Origin: Promethearchaeota archaeon
Lineage (GTDB): Archaea; Asgardarchaeota; Lokiarchaeia; Sigyniarchaeales; SOKP01
Direction of reading: 5' to 3'
DNA length: 64,000 nucleotides
NCBI GenBank assembly: GCA_016839765.1
Contig: JAEOTP010000007.1
Coordinates: 1-64,000, forward strand
Below the pieces are notes generated by a model. The model was not told the origin of the DNA. It worked only from the letters and a program-made list of their open reading frames with translations, and searched no databases. The position numbers and the translations under genes are program-made. The first letter of the stretch is position 1. Every line of letters starts with the position of its first letter. Positions 47,896 through 57,374 of this stretch are shown here, one piece after another.

Positions 47896-49406
47896 TAATT
47901 CAATACTGATTTTCCTACAACACTATAATGTGGTTTCAAACCCAATAAATCCAATAGAGTTGGAACCATATCAGTCGTTTTACAATATTTAATTTTAGTT
48001 TTAGCAATTTCTGGGGAACCTCCTACGATAAATGGCACTGTCATAGACTTCTTCAGCCCAATATCATGAGAGTATTGATGTGCTTCAACAGATTTTCCGT
48101 GTTCATAACTAAAACCATATTCTCCAATTGTAGACATCATTACATCACACGAACGAGGATTTTTAAAATACCGAGGGATTTGATCGATAATTATAGGAAA
48201 ATCTATTTTACTTGTACCCTCTAACCATTCTTCTATAGTGTGAGCTCTATTATCTAATAATTTTGCAGATTCTTCATAGATTTTATACCTGTATATTTCT
48301 TTATCCTCAAAAATATATTTTGTTTTTTGTTGTTTTCCATGGCCCTCATATTCAATTCTACCTTTGTTTATTTTTCCTGTCTTATTATCCGTACTTTCTA
48401 TATGAATTATCCCTTTATCTGGTGTATTCTCATTATCACGATAATACATCAATTTTACTCCAGGAATTCTCCATAATATCTCAAATAAATTGACTGTTTT
48501 ATTATTATTAAGTTTAAATTGCTTCAATTTTTCTAAGGTTGGATGATGATGCCAATCTTCCCCAGGGAAATTGAAAAATCCTACAGAACCCATAGTTGCA
48601 TCAAAATCTCCTGTGCCATTTTTTGGTTGATATTGTGTTAAACCAGTCTGTTTGAAGAAAGGTTCAATATCATACATCTTTTCTGACTTATAATTACCAT
48701 GATCCGAAATAATCCCTATAGCAGTTGAATCATACAAACCCCTCTCTTTGAGAGTCCTAATTAAAGATCCTATATACCTATCACAGTTGATTATCTCCTT
48801 AATATAATCTGGATGTTCAAAACCTTTCTTATGCATGAGATCATCAGTTTCTGGAATATATGCAACTGTTACTTTTGGTACTTCCTTTTCTTGAAAAAAA
48901 TCTAGTGGATTTTCGAATATATTTTCAACTTCCTTCATTATTGAAGCAGAGGTAAATTGTTTAACGGGGATAAAAAGGGAACCGCGATTGATAAGATTTA
49001 ATGAACTAGCGAAATTCCCATCACCTGCTTGCTCGAAAATTGTTTTCACATTTGTGCCAATATCTTTATTGATTTTTCTAATATGTCTTGCAGATCCATA
49101 AGTTTTAATAATAGGATATTTTTTACCTTTAGTAGCGGGGTCTTCTCTCGCAATCCAATGATACATTGGAATACCACTCCCCTCTTTGGGATAATAACCT
49201 GAATAGGACCCAAGAATTATATTACTATAGCAAGGATAAGTGATACTTGGAAAAGTAGTAATACAATTTGAACAAGAAATGCCATCTTTTGCAAGTTTAG
49301 CGATATTTGGGAGTTTATTTTGGTCAATCAAAGTGAAAAGATGAGAGGCTCTCACATCATCTAAAATAATTAGGATAACTTGGTTAACTTTAGGATTTCG
49401 GCTCAT
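47892..49406 (-). CDS. Alkaline phosphatase superfamily protein (nucleotide pyrophosphatase/phosphodiesterase-like)
   Basis: LIILDD, TTFPSITYP, DDLMH, IISDHG, HDIG, DMVPTLL. Confidence 0.85.
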   Translation of the reverse strand: MSRNPKVNQVILIILDDVRASHLFTLIDQNKLPNIAKLAKDGISCSNCITTFPSITYPCYSNIILGSYSGYYPKEGSGIPMYHWIAREDPATKGKKYPIIKTYGSARHIRKINKDIGTNVKTIFEQAGDGNFASSLNLINRGSLFIPVKQFTSASIMKEVENIFENPLDFFQEKEVPKVTVAYIPETDDLMHKKGFEHPDYIKEIINCDRYIGSLIRTLKERGLYDSTAIGIISDHGNYKSEKMYDIEPFFKQTGLTQYQPKNGTGDFDATMGSVGFFNFPGEDWHHHPTLEKLKQFKLNNNKTVNLFEILWRIPGVKLMYYRDNENTPDKGIIHIESTDNKTGKINKGRIEYEGHGKQQKTKYIFEDKEIYRYKIYEESAKLLDNRAHTIEEWLEGTSKIDFPIIIDQIPRYFKNPRSCDVMMSTIGEYGFSYEHGKSVEAHQYSHDIGLKKSMTVPFIVGGSPEIAKTKIKYCKTTDMVPTLLDLLGLKPHYSVVGKSVLNY

Positions 49407-49528
49407 TGTCTGTTTATTATTATTAAGTTTTAAATATTAAATTCAGAAATAATTAATAAATTTGCCAAACCAATTAATCTTTAATGAATATTGAAATACT
49501 AATTTATAGAAATTGTTGAGTATAAATA

Positions 49529-50749
49529 TTGTTTAACATAGAAGAACCGATTATATACTACAAATCTTCTGAGAAAATGGGAGAAGTTGAAGATAGTTCA
49601 ATTCAATTAATAATTACATCTCCTCCTTATGGTCAAATAAAGAATTATGGTTCTAAAAATCAGATAGGATTTTTTGATTCTTTTGAAGATTATTTTCAAA
49701 GATTAAAAAATGTTTGGACAGAATGTTTTAGAGTGTTAGAACCCCAGTGTCGAATGGTAATTAATGTTGGAGACCAATATTTAAGAACTAAGGAATATGG
49801 AAGATATCGGATATTATCAATCCAAAGTAAAATAATTGAAGCCTGTCAAAAAATAGATTTTGATTTTCTTGGTGATATTATATGGCAAAAAGTCAGTACA
49901 ACTAACACAACAGGTGGTTGTTCTTTAATGGGTTCAATATATTATCCTAGAAATGGTTTGTTAACATATGATTATGAACACATTCTAATTTTTAAAAAAC
50001 CTCATGGAAAAGGAAGAAAAGTTGACTTAAAGATAAAAGAAATGTCAAAAATATCTTTGAGTGAATGGAAAAAATGGTTTATTGGACATTGGAAATTTCC
50101 TGGAGTGATACAAAAAGAGCATATTGCAATGTTTCCAGAAGAATTACCTTACAGATTAATACGTATGTTCACGTTTATTGGAGATACTGTTTTAGATCCT
50201 TTCGTAGGTTCAGGAACTACTCTTAAAGTAGCAAAATCATTATTTCGAAAGAGTATCGGTTATGAAATTAATGAATACTTCCAACCTACAATAAATAATA
50301 AAATTAAGGAAGCAAAAATTGGATATTTTAAAGATTTTCAATATCTACTATACACCCTTTTTAAAAGGAGCCGACAAGAAAATTTTGATATTATCTACCA
50401 AGAACAAAAACAGAAAGGAATCATTGCTCTTGAGAATTTTAATAAAAAGAAAACAATATTAGATTATTTATTAATTCAAAATAATGATTTGTTTAAGGAA
50501 GAAATCGAAAAAGAAATAAATGCGAAGTTAGAAGAAAATCCAGTTCAAAATTATTTAAAGGAAAAATTAGATTGGATTACTTTATCTAATTACATAATCG
50601 TTATAAATTCTAATCTACAATTGTTTAGCAAAATTAAAGATAGTTTTGAAAATTGTTTGAGAAGTTATAAGAGTAAGAAAGATGTTAGAATTATTCTATT
50701 TGATGATATTATTTCTGATAAATTTCAATTTAATACTCTCTTCATATAG
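49529..50749 (+). CDS. Site-specific DNA methyltransferase (N4-C/N6-A, beta class) with C-terminal extension
   Basis: ITSPPY precedes HIAMFPEEL and VLDPFVGSGTT. Confidence 0.9.
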   Translation: MFNIEEPIIYYKSSEKMGEVEDSSIQLIITSPPYGQIKNYGSKNQIGFFDSFEDYFQRLKNVWTECFRVLEPQCRMVINVGDQYLRTKEYGRYRILSIQSKIIEACQKIDFDFLGDIIWQKVSTTNTTGGCSLMGSIYYPRNGLLTYDYEHILIFKKPHGKGRKVDLKIKEMSKISLSEWKKWFIGHWKFPGVIQKEHIAMFPEELPYRLIRMFTFIGDTVLDPFVGSGTTLKVAKSLFRKSIGYEINEYFQPTINNKIKEAKIGYFKDFQYLLYTLFKRSRQENFDIIYQEQKQKGIIALENFNKKKTILDYLLIQNNDLFKEEIEKEINAKLEENPVQNYLKEKLDWITLSNYIIVINSNLQLFSKIKDSFENCLRSYKSKKDVRIILFDDIISDKFQFNTLFI

Positions 50750-50769
50750 TTTTTAAATTAAACTGATAG

Positions 50770-50846
50770 AAATCCTTACTCGCGCAAAGTATTCATCAAA
50801 TAACTTTCCAAATTGGTTTTTTTATTTGAATCATTATATAGGATTT
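50770..50846 (-). promoter_or_regulatory. Putative eukaryote-like (Loki-type) SECIS element
   Basis: mRNA reads AUGAU-UCAAAUAA-AAAAA-CCAAUUUGG-AAAG-UUAUUUGA-UGAA: RUGAN/KGAW kink-turn core, 8-bp helix, unpaired apical As, mini-helix; outer AAAUCCU/AGGAUUU helix. Confidence 0.7.
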
Positions 50847-51774
50847 ACTTTTGGGAACAATCAATTCCTTCTTGAAGATTTATTTTCATAAATGCCTCCT
50901 CTTGTTGATTTCTTTGCTCTGATTTGACAGATCTATTGACTTGAGCCAGATATCTGATTGCATTTACTTTCCCTTCCTTTATGTTTTGTATTAATTCTTC
51001 TTTATTTAAACCACCAGAAATTACTAAAGCCGTTTGAAAACTATGATCGGGTTCCAATGTCATAAACTCAATTTGTAGGGAAGATAATATTTCTCCCATG
51101 CCCTCGTATAAAGTATTTGATAGATTTAATTTATCATTATCTATTTTAAAGTCTTTTGTTAAGCTCGATTCATAATGAGTTGATTTTGAGATTGGGGAAA
51201 AGCCAGCATATAATCCAGTATCATCGTATTGATAAATTATATCGTTCTCCTCATCATAACCCGAATAATCGTTATCAAAACCCTTTAATCCATTTACATC
51301 GAAATCAAATACGAAGTACATTGAGAAATCGATTAAATTATAGTCAGATATGTTTTTTATAGTAAAAAAGGTATTTATATAAGGAACTTTAGGAGGATTG
51401 AATATATCTACATACAATCTTATTAATGAATTTTCTTTTCTAAATTTAAGCGGAGGAATTATATTTCCTTTGACTAATTTTTTTAAGTATTCTTTTATAT
51501 CAAAATCAAGTGTAATTCGGTCTATAGTTGTGCCTGTTCTGGTATTAACCATTTTATATATTGGAGTAGGTTCAATATTTTTTAATATTACTGGAATCAT
51601 GCCAATACGCTCTCCCTTTAAGACAAATGAAAACCATGGACCCGCAAATTCCTGTTCAGTAAGGAAAAGTAAGGGTTTTTCTTTATACGTCAACTCCTTA
51701 ATTGAGAATCCCATCAAATAACCTGATTGATTTCATGTAGCCAAAACTTCATTGAAGGATACTTTTAAAACTAT
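50845..51774 (-). CDS. Candidate selenoprotein (Sec at codon 14, TGA 51735-51733); beta-rich protein of unknown function, 309 aa
   Basis: AGGAGGT SD 51790-51784, ATA 51774; reads (M)VLKVSFNEVLAT-U-NQSGYLMGFSIK into the annotated 290-aa ORF; SECIS-like hairpin after the stop. Confidence 0.65.
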
Positions 51775-51889
51775 TTTTCAATAACCTCCTTTGAATTGTA
51801 ATTAAAAAAAATCCATTATAATTATTTCATTATAATTATTTTATTATAATTATTAATTAAACAAATTAAAAAAGATATTTTAAAAGTAA

Positions 51890-52864
51890 TTACACTTTTT
51901 CTATAAATCTATAGGCGATATAAAGGAATGCTTCGTTGACATTTTCGCCCGTTTTAGCACTTGTCACTATGAAATGAAGGTCTAACTGTTTCGCAATAAC
52001 TTTAATCTGTTCTTCAGTAATGACAATATTTTTATTTAAATCTGATTTATTACCTACGATAACAATTGGGATATTACGTGGAACAGATTCTTTAATATCT
52101 TTAAACCAAGTTTTAATACTATCTAGATGATCTCGCGTTCTATCAACCACAATAAATGCAGCATTGGCACCATCATAGAATCTTTGCCTATAAGGTCTAA
52201 TTTGTCCAATCTGTCCACCTATATCCCATAAAACAAAATTCAGTTTTGTATTTTCGTCCATGATAATTGATTTTTTCGATATTTCAACGCCAATCGTGGA
52301 AATATAATCCTCCTTAAAATTATTTTCAACAAATCTTCGAATTAAAGAAGTTTTACCCACTTTAAAATCTCCAGTTACTATTAATTTAGCTGTAAATTGT
52401 CCTTTTGGTAACTTTCCTTCTCTTCTTTTAGATAATACTCTTATTATTTCTGGAATTTTAATTGAGACATTCTCATTTCCTTCTAATAACATCTCAATTT
52501 TGCCTGCAATATGTTCAGAATAAACTTTTAACTCAACATCCGAAGTTGATGGATCCGCAATTGTAGTTAGAATGGAGTGATGTCCCATTGAACAATATGC
52601 GAATTTTCTGTTTTGTAATGAGGTTATGTTGAAAAAATTACTTTGAGTCTGATACTCACTTTTTATTCTATCGATATATATATCTAAAAATGCTGAAATT
52701 GCACCTATAATAGAATCTGAATCTTTATCTTCCTTAACTTTACTCTCCGAAGCTATAATAAAACCATCTCTGTCGCATAACGCAACAGCTGCTGCACCAT
52801 CAACTTCATACATATAATTTTTCAATAGTGTAGTAATGAGATTAATATTAGGAAGACTTTCCAT
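51890..52864 (-). CDS. Roadblock domain fused to a Rab/Ras-like small GTPase
   Basis: VALCDRDGFIIAS roadblock N-terminus; G1 GDFKVGKTS, G2 TIGVE, G3 WDIGGQ, G4 NKSD, G5 TSAK. Confidence 0.92.
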   Translation of the reverse strand: MESLPNINLITTLLKNYMYEVDGAAAVALCDRDGFIIASESKVKEDKDSDSIIGAISAFLDIYIDRIKSEYQTQSNFFNITSLQNRKFAYCSMGHHSILTTIADPSTSDVELKVYSEHIAGKIEMLLEGNENVSIKIPEIIRVLSKRREGKLPKGQFTAKLIVTGDFKVGKTSLIRRFVENNFKEDYISTIGVEISKKSIIMDENTKLNFVLWDIGGQIGQIRPYRQRFYDGANAAFIVVDRTRDHLDSIKTWFKDIKESVPRNIPIVIVGNKSDLNKNIVITEEQIKVIAKQLDLHFIVTSAKTGENVNEAFLYIAYRFIEKV

Positions 52865-53018
52865 TAAACTTCACTCTTTAAGTGTATCTCTTACGATTAA
52901 TATAATTTTCATTAATATAAATATAGGTATTAGAAACATATTAAATTCTTGTTTTAGAATAATCTGATTATCTCCATAATATATTATTTTTTATCTCTTT
53001 ATTATATACTAACATTTC

Positions 53019-53171
53019 ATGACTAAAGATGATTTATTAAAACATGAAGAGAATATCGCAAAAGTTCTAGACCATATCGTATCATTATGTAAGCAAACAG
53101 GGTTAACAGATCTAGCTAAAAAAGGTGAACAGGTATTAAAGTATTATTCTAAGTCTAAAAATTTAAGATAG
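53019..53171 (+). CDS. Small helical protein, 50 aa (paralogue of 53259-53432)
   Basis: MTKDDLLKHEENIAKVLDHIVSLCKQTGLTDLAKKGEQVLKYYSKSKNLR; below the ORF-track cutoff. Confidence 0.6.
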   Translation: MTKDDLLKHEENIAKVLDHIVSLCKQTGLTDLAKKGEQVLKYYSKSKNLR

Positions 53172-53258
53172 CCAATTTGATTAGTCCTTTATTTGTATCC
53201 CATTAGTTACATCACCATATTATACTCTTTTTTAATGAACTTACAGTTCTTTTAATTT

Positions 53259-53432
53259 ATGATGGAAACTATTAAGTTTAATAATGATCTATCAAAAGAA
53301 GCAAAAATTATACAAATTTTTGATCGCGCTGTCACATTATTTAAAAAGACAGGTTTGAATGAATTAGCAGAGAAATGGAATAAGATCTTAAAAACATATA
53401 CTAATCGAGAGAATTTGAGCAAATTGTCTTAA
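53259..53432 (+). CDS. Small helical protein, 57 aa (paralogue of 53019-53171)
   Basis: MMETIKFNNDLSKEAKIIQIFDRAVTLFKKTGLNELAEKWNKILKTYTNRENLSKLS. Confidence 0.6.
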   Translation: MMETIKFNNDLSKEAKIIQIFDRAVTLFKKTGLNELAEKWNKILKTYTNRENLSKLS

Positions 53433-53465
53433 AAAATTCTTAATTTTTTCCATTTAAAAATGATT

Positions 53466-55382
53466 TCATAAATTTTTTAAGAAATTTGAAATATATTGTC
53501 TATTTTTATATGAAATCTGATATATATTAAAAACTAAAGAATCAATATCATTTTGTAATTTGTCAATCTCTTTCTTGCTTAAATCATTAAGTGATATAAT
53601 TTTTCTAACCTTTTCTTGAATATTTTTAGAAATTAGTAGTTCATTGGGTGTTTGAGGGAACTTAATAGGTAAATTTTTAACTTTTTCAATAAGAATCCTT
53701 GGAAACAATTTCTTATAAGAGCCAAAAATCTTGATAAAATAATACGATAATAATTGAGAATTTAATAAACCTAATAAATAAAAATGATTAAATTCAGGTA
53801 TAGGAGTCTTGATAATTTTTATATTGTAAAAGGACTGAGAAGTCAAAGATTCCTTATCATAAGTAGCACATATTAAATTATTTTGACTTAGCTGTCGTAG
53901 AACAATTCTATCTTTATAATCCTCTATATTTTTGTAATTGATTCCCCTTTTTTTGATATTAATATATTTGTATCGTTTTACATGGTATCTATTCATTGAA
54001 AATAGGAAGGGTCTGTAATTTTCCTCTAATCCTTTAGGAATTTTATTATTAATAATTTTCTCTACGATATGTAAATCCAAAAGAGAATTACAATCTTTAC
54101 ATATAGCATTATTTTTGGGAAGGGGAAGGTATCTCTTACATTTTTTGCAATAAACTATTGCTCCCTCTTTTCCTAATTCTACACCCCTAAAAATGATAAT
54201 TTTATACTCTGGATTTTTCATGATATTTTTAATTTTTGGGAAATTAGAATTAAGATATTCAACAATTTTGATATCAATATCATTAATACTTACTAAAAAC
54301 TTATACTCCCACTCTTTAAGAGTGGATTGTTTGATAGAAATATTTAATCCACTGTTAATTAATGGATTATATATCGATATTAAATTTCTAAGTCTCTCTT
54401 CTTCTTCTCTTTCTTTTTGTAATATTATTATAACATTTGAAACAATCGGGTCCTCAAAACTAGGACCAATATAGTATAATTCTCTGATTTTAGTTTTATT
54501 AAATATAAATTTTCTAATCAATTTTCGATTTGACAGGGCTAAGAGAGAATCTGGAAGGATATAACCTAAGAAACCATTTTCCTTTAAAACGCTAATACCC
54601 AATTCAATAAAAATTTGATAATAATCATATTGACCTTTAATAGTTTTAAAATCCCCTTGTTCTATTAAGAGTTTATCATCCGAACTGATATCCCTTAAAA
54701 ATAAATAGGGAGGATTTCCCACCACGAAATCAAAGGAATCAAAATTAGGATACTCAAGTACATTTACATTAATAATTTTTACATCTGGAAGTTCAAAACT
54801 ATTATCAATTTTAAGACTAATCTTAATTAGTTCATAAAACGAATAGTAGAGATTTATACAACATAAAATACAGGCAATAGGATTTATATCAAAACCGAAT
54901 ACATTTTCTTGAATTTCCCTAATGATAATTTTAGCCTGATCAATAGAAAGATCAGATAAACTTCCTAAATCAAATTTCTTTACATATAAATTTATTATAA
55001 TTTTTACAATTTGAATAAGAAAACTTCCGCAACCACAACTAAAATCAACTATTTTTTTGCCTTCTATTTTATTATCCATATTATAACCGATAGCATTTAG
55101 GATATATTTTACGACATGAGTTGGTGTGTAAAATTCACCTAATCTTTTCTTTTGTGTATTAGAAATCTTGCTTTCATATATATTTCCAATGATATCTATA
55201 CCCTTCACTTCTTTCTGGTTATTATAATAGCCAAAATCCTTATTAGTTCCTAGATTGACAAATATTTCAATTATTGCATCAATAAATTCACTTTCTTCGG
55301 AATTATGTTGGCCTAATTTATAAAACTTTTTTAAACGCTGGATTATCCCTTTATTTGTAAGAAAATCTATAAATTCTCTCAT
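53466..55382 (-). CDS. N6-adenine DNA methyltransferase (Eco57I/TaqI-like, gamma class) with C-terminal target-recognition domain
   Basis: GEFYTP, DFSCGCGSFL, GFDIN, VVGNPPY, LLGLLNSQL; CxxC..CxxC insert. Confidence 0.88.
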   Translation of the reverse strand: MREFIDFLTNKGIIQRLKKFYKLGQHNSEESEFIDAIIEIFVNLGTNKDFGYYNNQKEVKGIDIIGNIYESKISNTQKKRLGEFYTPTHVVKYILNAIGYNMDNKIEGKKIVDFSCGCGSFLIQIVKIIINLYVKKFDLGSLSDLSIDQAKIIIREIQENVFGFDINPIACILCCINLYYSFYELIKISLKIDNSFELPDVKIINVNVLEYPNFDSFDFVVGNPPYLFLRDISSDDKLLIEQGDFKTIKGQYDYYQIFIELGISVLKENGFLGYILPDSLLALSNRKLIRKFIFNKTKIRELYYIGPSFEDPIVSNVIIILQKEREEEERLRNLISIYNPLINSGLNISIKQSTLKEWEYKFLVSINDIDIKIVEYLNSNFPKIKNIMKNPEYKIIIFRGVELGKEGAIVYCKKCKRYLPLPKNNAICKDCNSLLDLHIVEKIINNKIPKGLEENYRPFLFSMNRYHVKRYKYINIKKRGINYKNIEDYKDRIVLRQLSQNNLICATYDKESLTSQSFYNIKIIKTPIPEFNHFYLLGLLNSQLLSYYFIKIFGSYKKLFPRILIEKVKNLPIKFPQTPNELLISKNIQEKVRKIISLNDLSKKEIDKLQNDIDSLVFNIYQISYKNRQYISNFLKNL

Positions 55383-55479
55383 AATATATTTTTTTTACTT
55401 ATAAATCAACAAGTTATAATATAATAGATTCAAAAATTAAGAAAAAATTTTTTTATTAAATAGAGAGTAATCCACAATT

Positions 55480-55986
55480 ATGGAAATAATTAATGGAAAT
55501 CTAAAAAGTTTTAAAGAAAGAAGATTTCCAGAAAAAATTTGCTTTAAACCTATTGGAGTTATTCATTCTCCATTTAAAAGTCTAAAAGGGATACCAATCC
55601 AACCAACTATGTCAAAGACTTCAGGTATGATTGAAATTTTTGCAGAATATCAAGATGGTTTAAAAGATTTAGAAGGCTTTTCATATATTTATTGTTTATA
55701 TGTTTTTGATATGGTAAAATTACCAGTTCCATTATTATCTAAACCCTTTTTGCAAAATGAATTGAAGGGAGTGTTTTCTATTCGAACTCCCTTCCGCCCC
55801 AACCCGATTGGGTTATCCTTGTTAGAAATTTCAGAGATTAACAAAAATGTAATTAAAGTGAATAACATTGATGTTCTAGATAAGACTCCTGTATTGGATA
55901 TAAAACCTTATGTCCCTCAATTTGATTTCAGAGAAACAGATAAGATAGGTTGGTTAAAAAATAAGATTAGAGATAAAATAAGTTAG
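55480..55986 (+). CDS. trmO: tRNA (N6-threonylcarbamoyladenosine37-N6)-methyltransferase TrmO
   Basis: KPIGVIHSPF, GLKDLEGFS, GVFSIRTPFRPNPIGLS, TPVLDIKPY. Confidence 0.9.
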   Translation: MEIINGNLKSFKERRFPEKICFKPIGVIHSPFKSLKGIPIQPTMSKTSGMIEIFAEYQDGLKDLEGFSYIYCLYVFDMVKLPVPLLSKPFLQNELKGVFSIRTPFRPNPIGLSLLEISEINKNVIKVNNIDVLDKTPVLDIKPYVPQFDFRETDKIGWLKNKIRDKIS

Positions 55987-56108
55987 TTTGAAGTAAAGTA
56001 TAAGGTTTTTATATAAAATACCATTAAACTAAAATTTATATAATTTTGAAATATATAATTTGTTGATTGATATTCATTTAATCGCTATTTAAGGATCCAA
56101 AATTATCC

Positions 56109-57209
56109 ATGATTGGAATTGTCTATATTAGCGTTTTCATGCTATTATTACTTGTTGGTATTATTCATGGCATTTATGCTAGAGAAAATTACGAAGTAGA
56201 AACTGGATTTGCAGTAATCATTTTTATGTATTTCATTGGTCAAGCCTTATATTTCGTTTCATTCAATTTATCCGTAGAAAATTATTTTAAAATAGAGATC
56301 TCGCAAATATTATGGAAAATATCAATCTTTATTAGAATCTTTTCAATAGGGTTAATGTCTTCTATTCATAGCGTGGAATTACATAAACATAGTAAAATAA
56401 GATTTTTAGCAATTATTATTTATCTTTTCTTGGAAGGGATAATTATTAGTTTGCTTATTTTTCCAAATTCGTTTCTGACACTACAACAAGATAATAATTA
56501 TCTATATTTCTTTCAAGATGTTACACTATTAGTATTTATATTTGTATTCAATTTAGCTATAATTATTTTTTTAGGCATATCACAAATAATGGGTTATAAG
56601 AACTTTAATGATAAAAATTTAGCAAAATTTTTCTCAAGTTATATTTGCCTTCTCTCATTGAATATTATTGTCTATTCAATCTTTCTTATAACTCAGAATA
56701 TTATTTCCAGGACTTTACATGTAATCTTATATATTATCAATAGTGGTTTTGTATTATATGTTATAATAGAAAAACCTGCTCTATTTTTAGTATTCACAAA
56801 TAAGATTTTTGATTTTATAATCTTTCATAAGTCTGGAATTTTACTTTATTCATATGATTTCCAAGCTAGTAGGGAAGTCGATGAATCTCTCTTGAAAGGG
56901 AGTATTTTAATAGGGATAAATCACATTCTTGCAAATTTTACTGGAGTTGAGAATCAATTAGATCACATAAAAATGAGTGATAAGGGGGTTGTATTTAATT
57001 TTCAAAATGATCTGGGCTATGCTGTATTATTAATTGCAAAACACAAAAACAAGATTCTGGAAAAGGCAGTACAAAAATTTATTAAAAAATTTTCAGATCA
57101 AAATAAAGAGAAATTACTCAATTTAAGTGGATTAATTGATGTTTCGGTATTTAAAGACGCTGGGAAATTGATAAAGGAATGTTTTAGTAAATATTATATT
57201 AAAGTTTAA
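56109..57209 (+). CDS. Multi-pass (about 7 TM) membrane protein with C-terminal longin-like domain
   Basis: About 7 hydrophobic segments then IIFHKSGILLYSYDF...LLKGSILIGINHIL...GYAVLLIA...F. Confidence 0.65.
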   Translation: MIGIVYISVFMLLLLVGIIHGIYARENYEVETGFAVIIFMYFIGQALYFVSFNLSVENYFKIEISQILWKISIFIRIFSIGLMSSIHSVELHKHSKIRFLAIIIYLFLEGIIISLLIFPNSFLTLQQDNNYLYFFQDVTLLVFIFVFNLAIIIFLGISQIMGYKNFNDKNLAKFFSSYICLLSLNIIVYSIFLITQNIISRTLHVILYIINSGFVLYVIIEKPALFLVFTNKIFDFIIFHKSGILLYSYDFQASREVDESLLKGSILIGINHILANFTGVENQLDHIKMSDKGVVFNFQNDLGYAVLLIAKHKNKILEKAVQKFIKKFSDQNKEKLLNLSGLIDVSVFKDAGKLIKECFSKYYIKV

Positions 57210-57374
57210 TCATTACAACCACACACACGACATATTCTCTTTAATAATATTAACCAAATGCATATATATGAATAAATCTTCTATCTTAAAAGACTTGTAA
57301 AAAAAATAAAATGTAAGAAATCTTAATAATACCTTAAATTGTAAAACAAAATTATAAACACTATAATTAGAATA

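Noticed and set aside
51749-51781. TTG 51781 as the start of the 50845 gene via frameshift
   Set aside because: Only 2 nt from the SD, in a different frame that stops after 10 codons, and it would not remove the TGA at 51735; ATA 51774 is in frame with 9-nt spacing.
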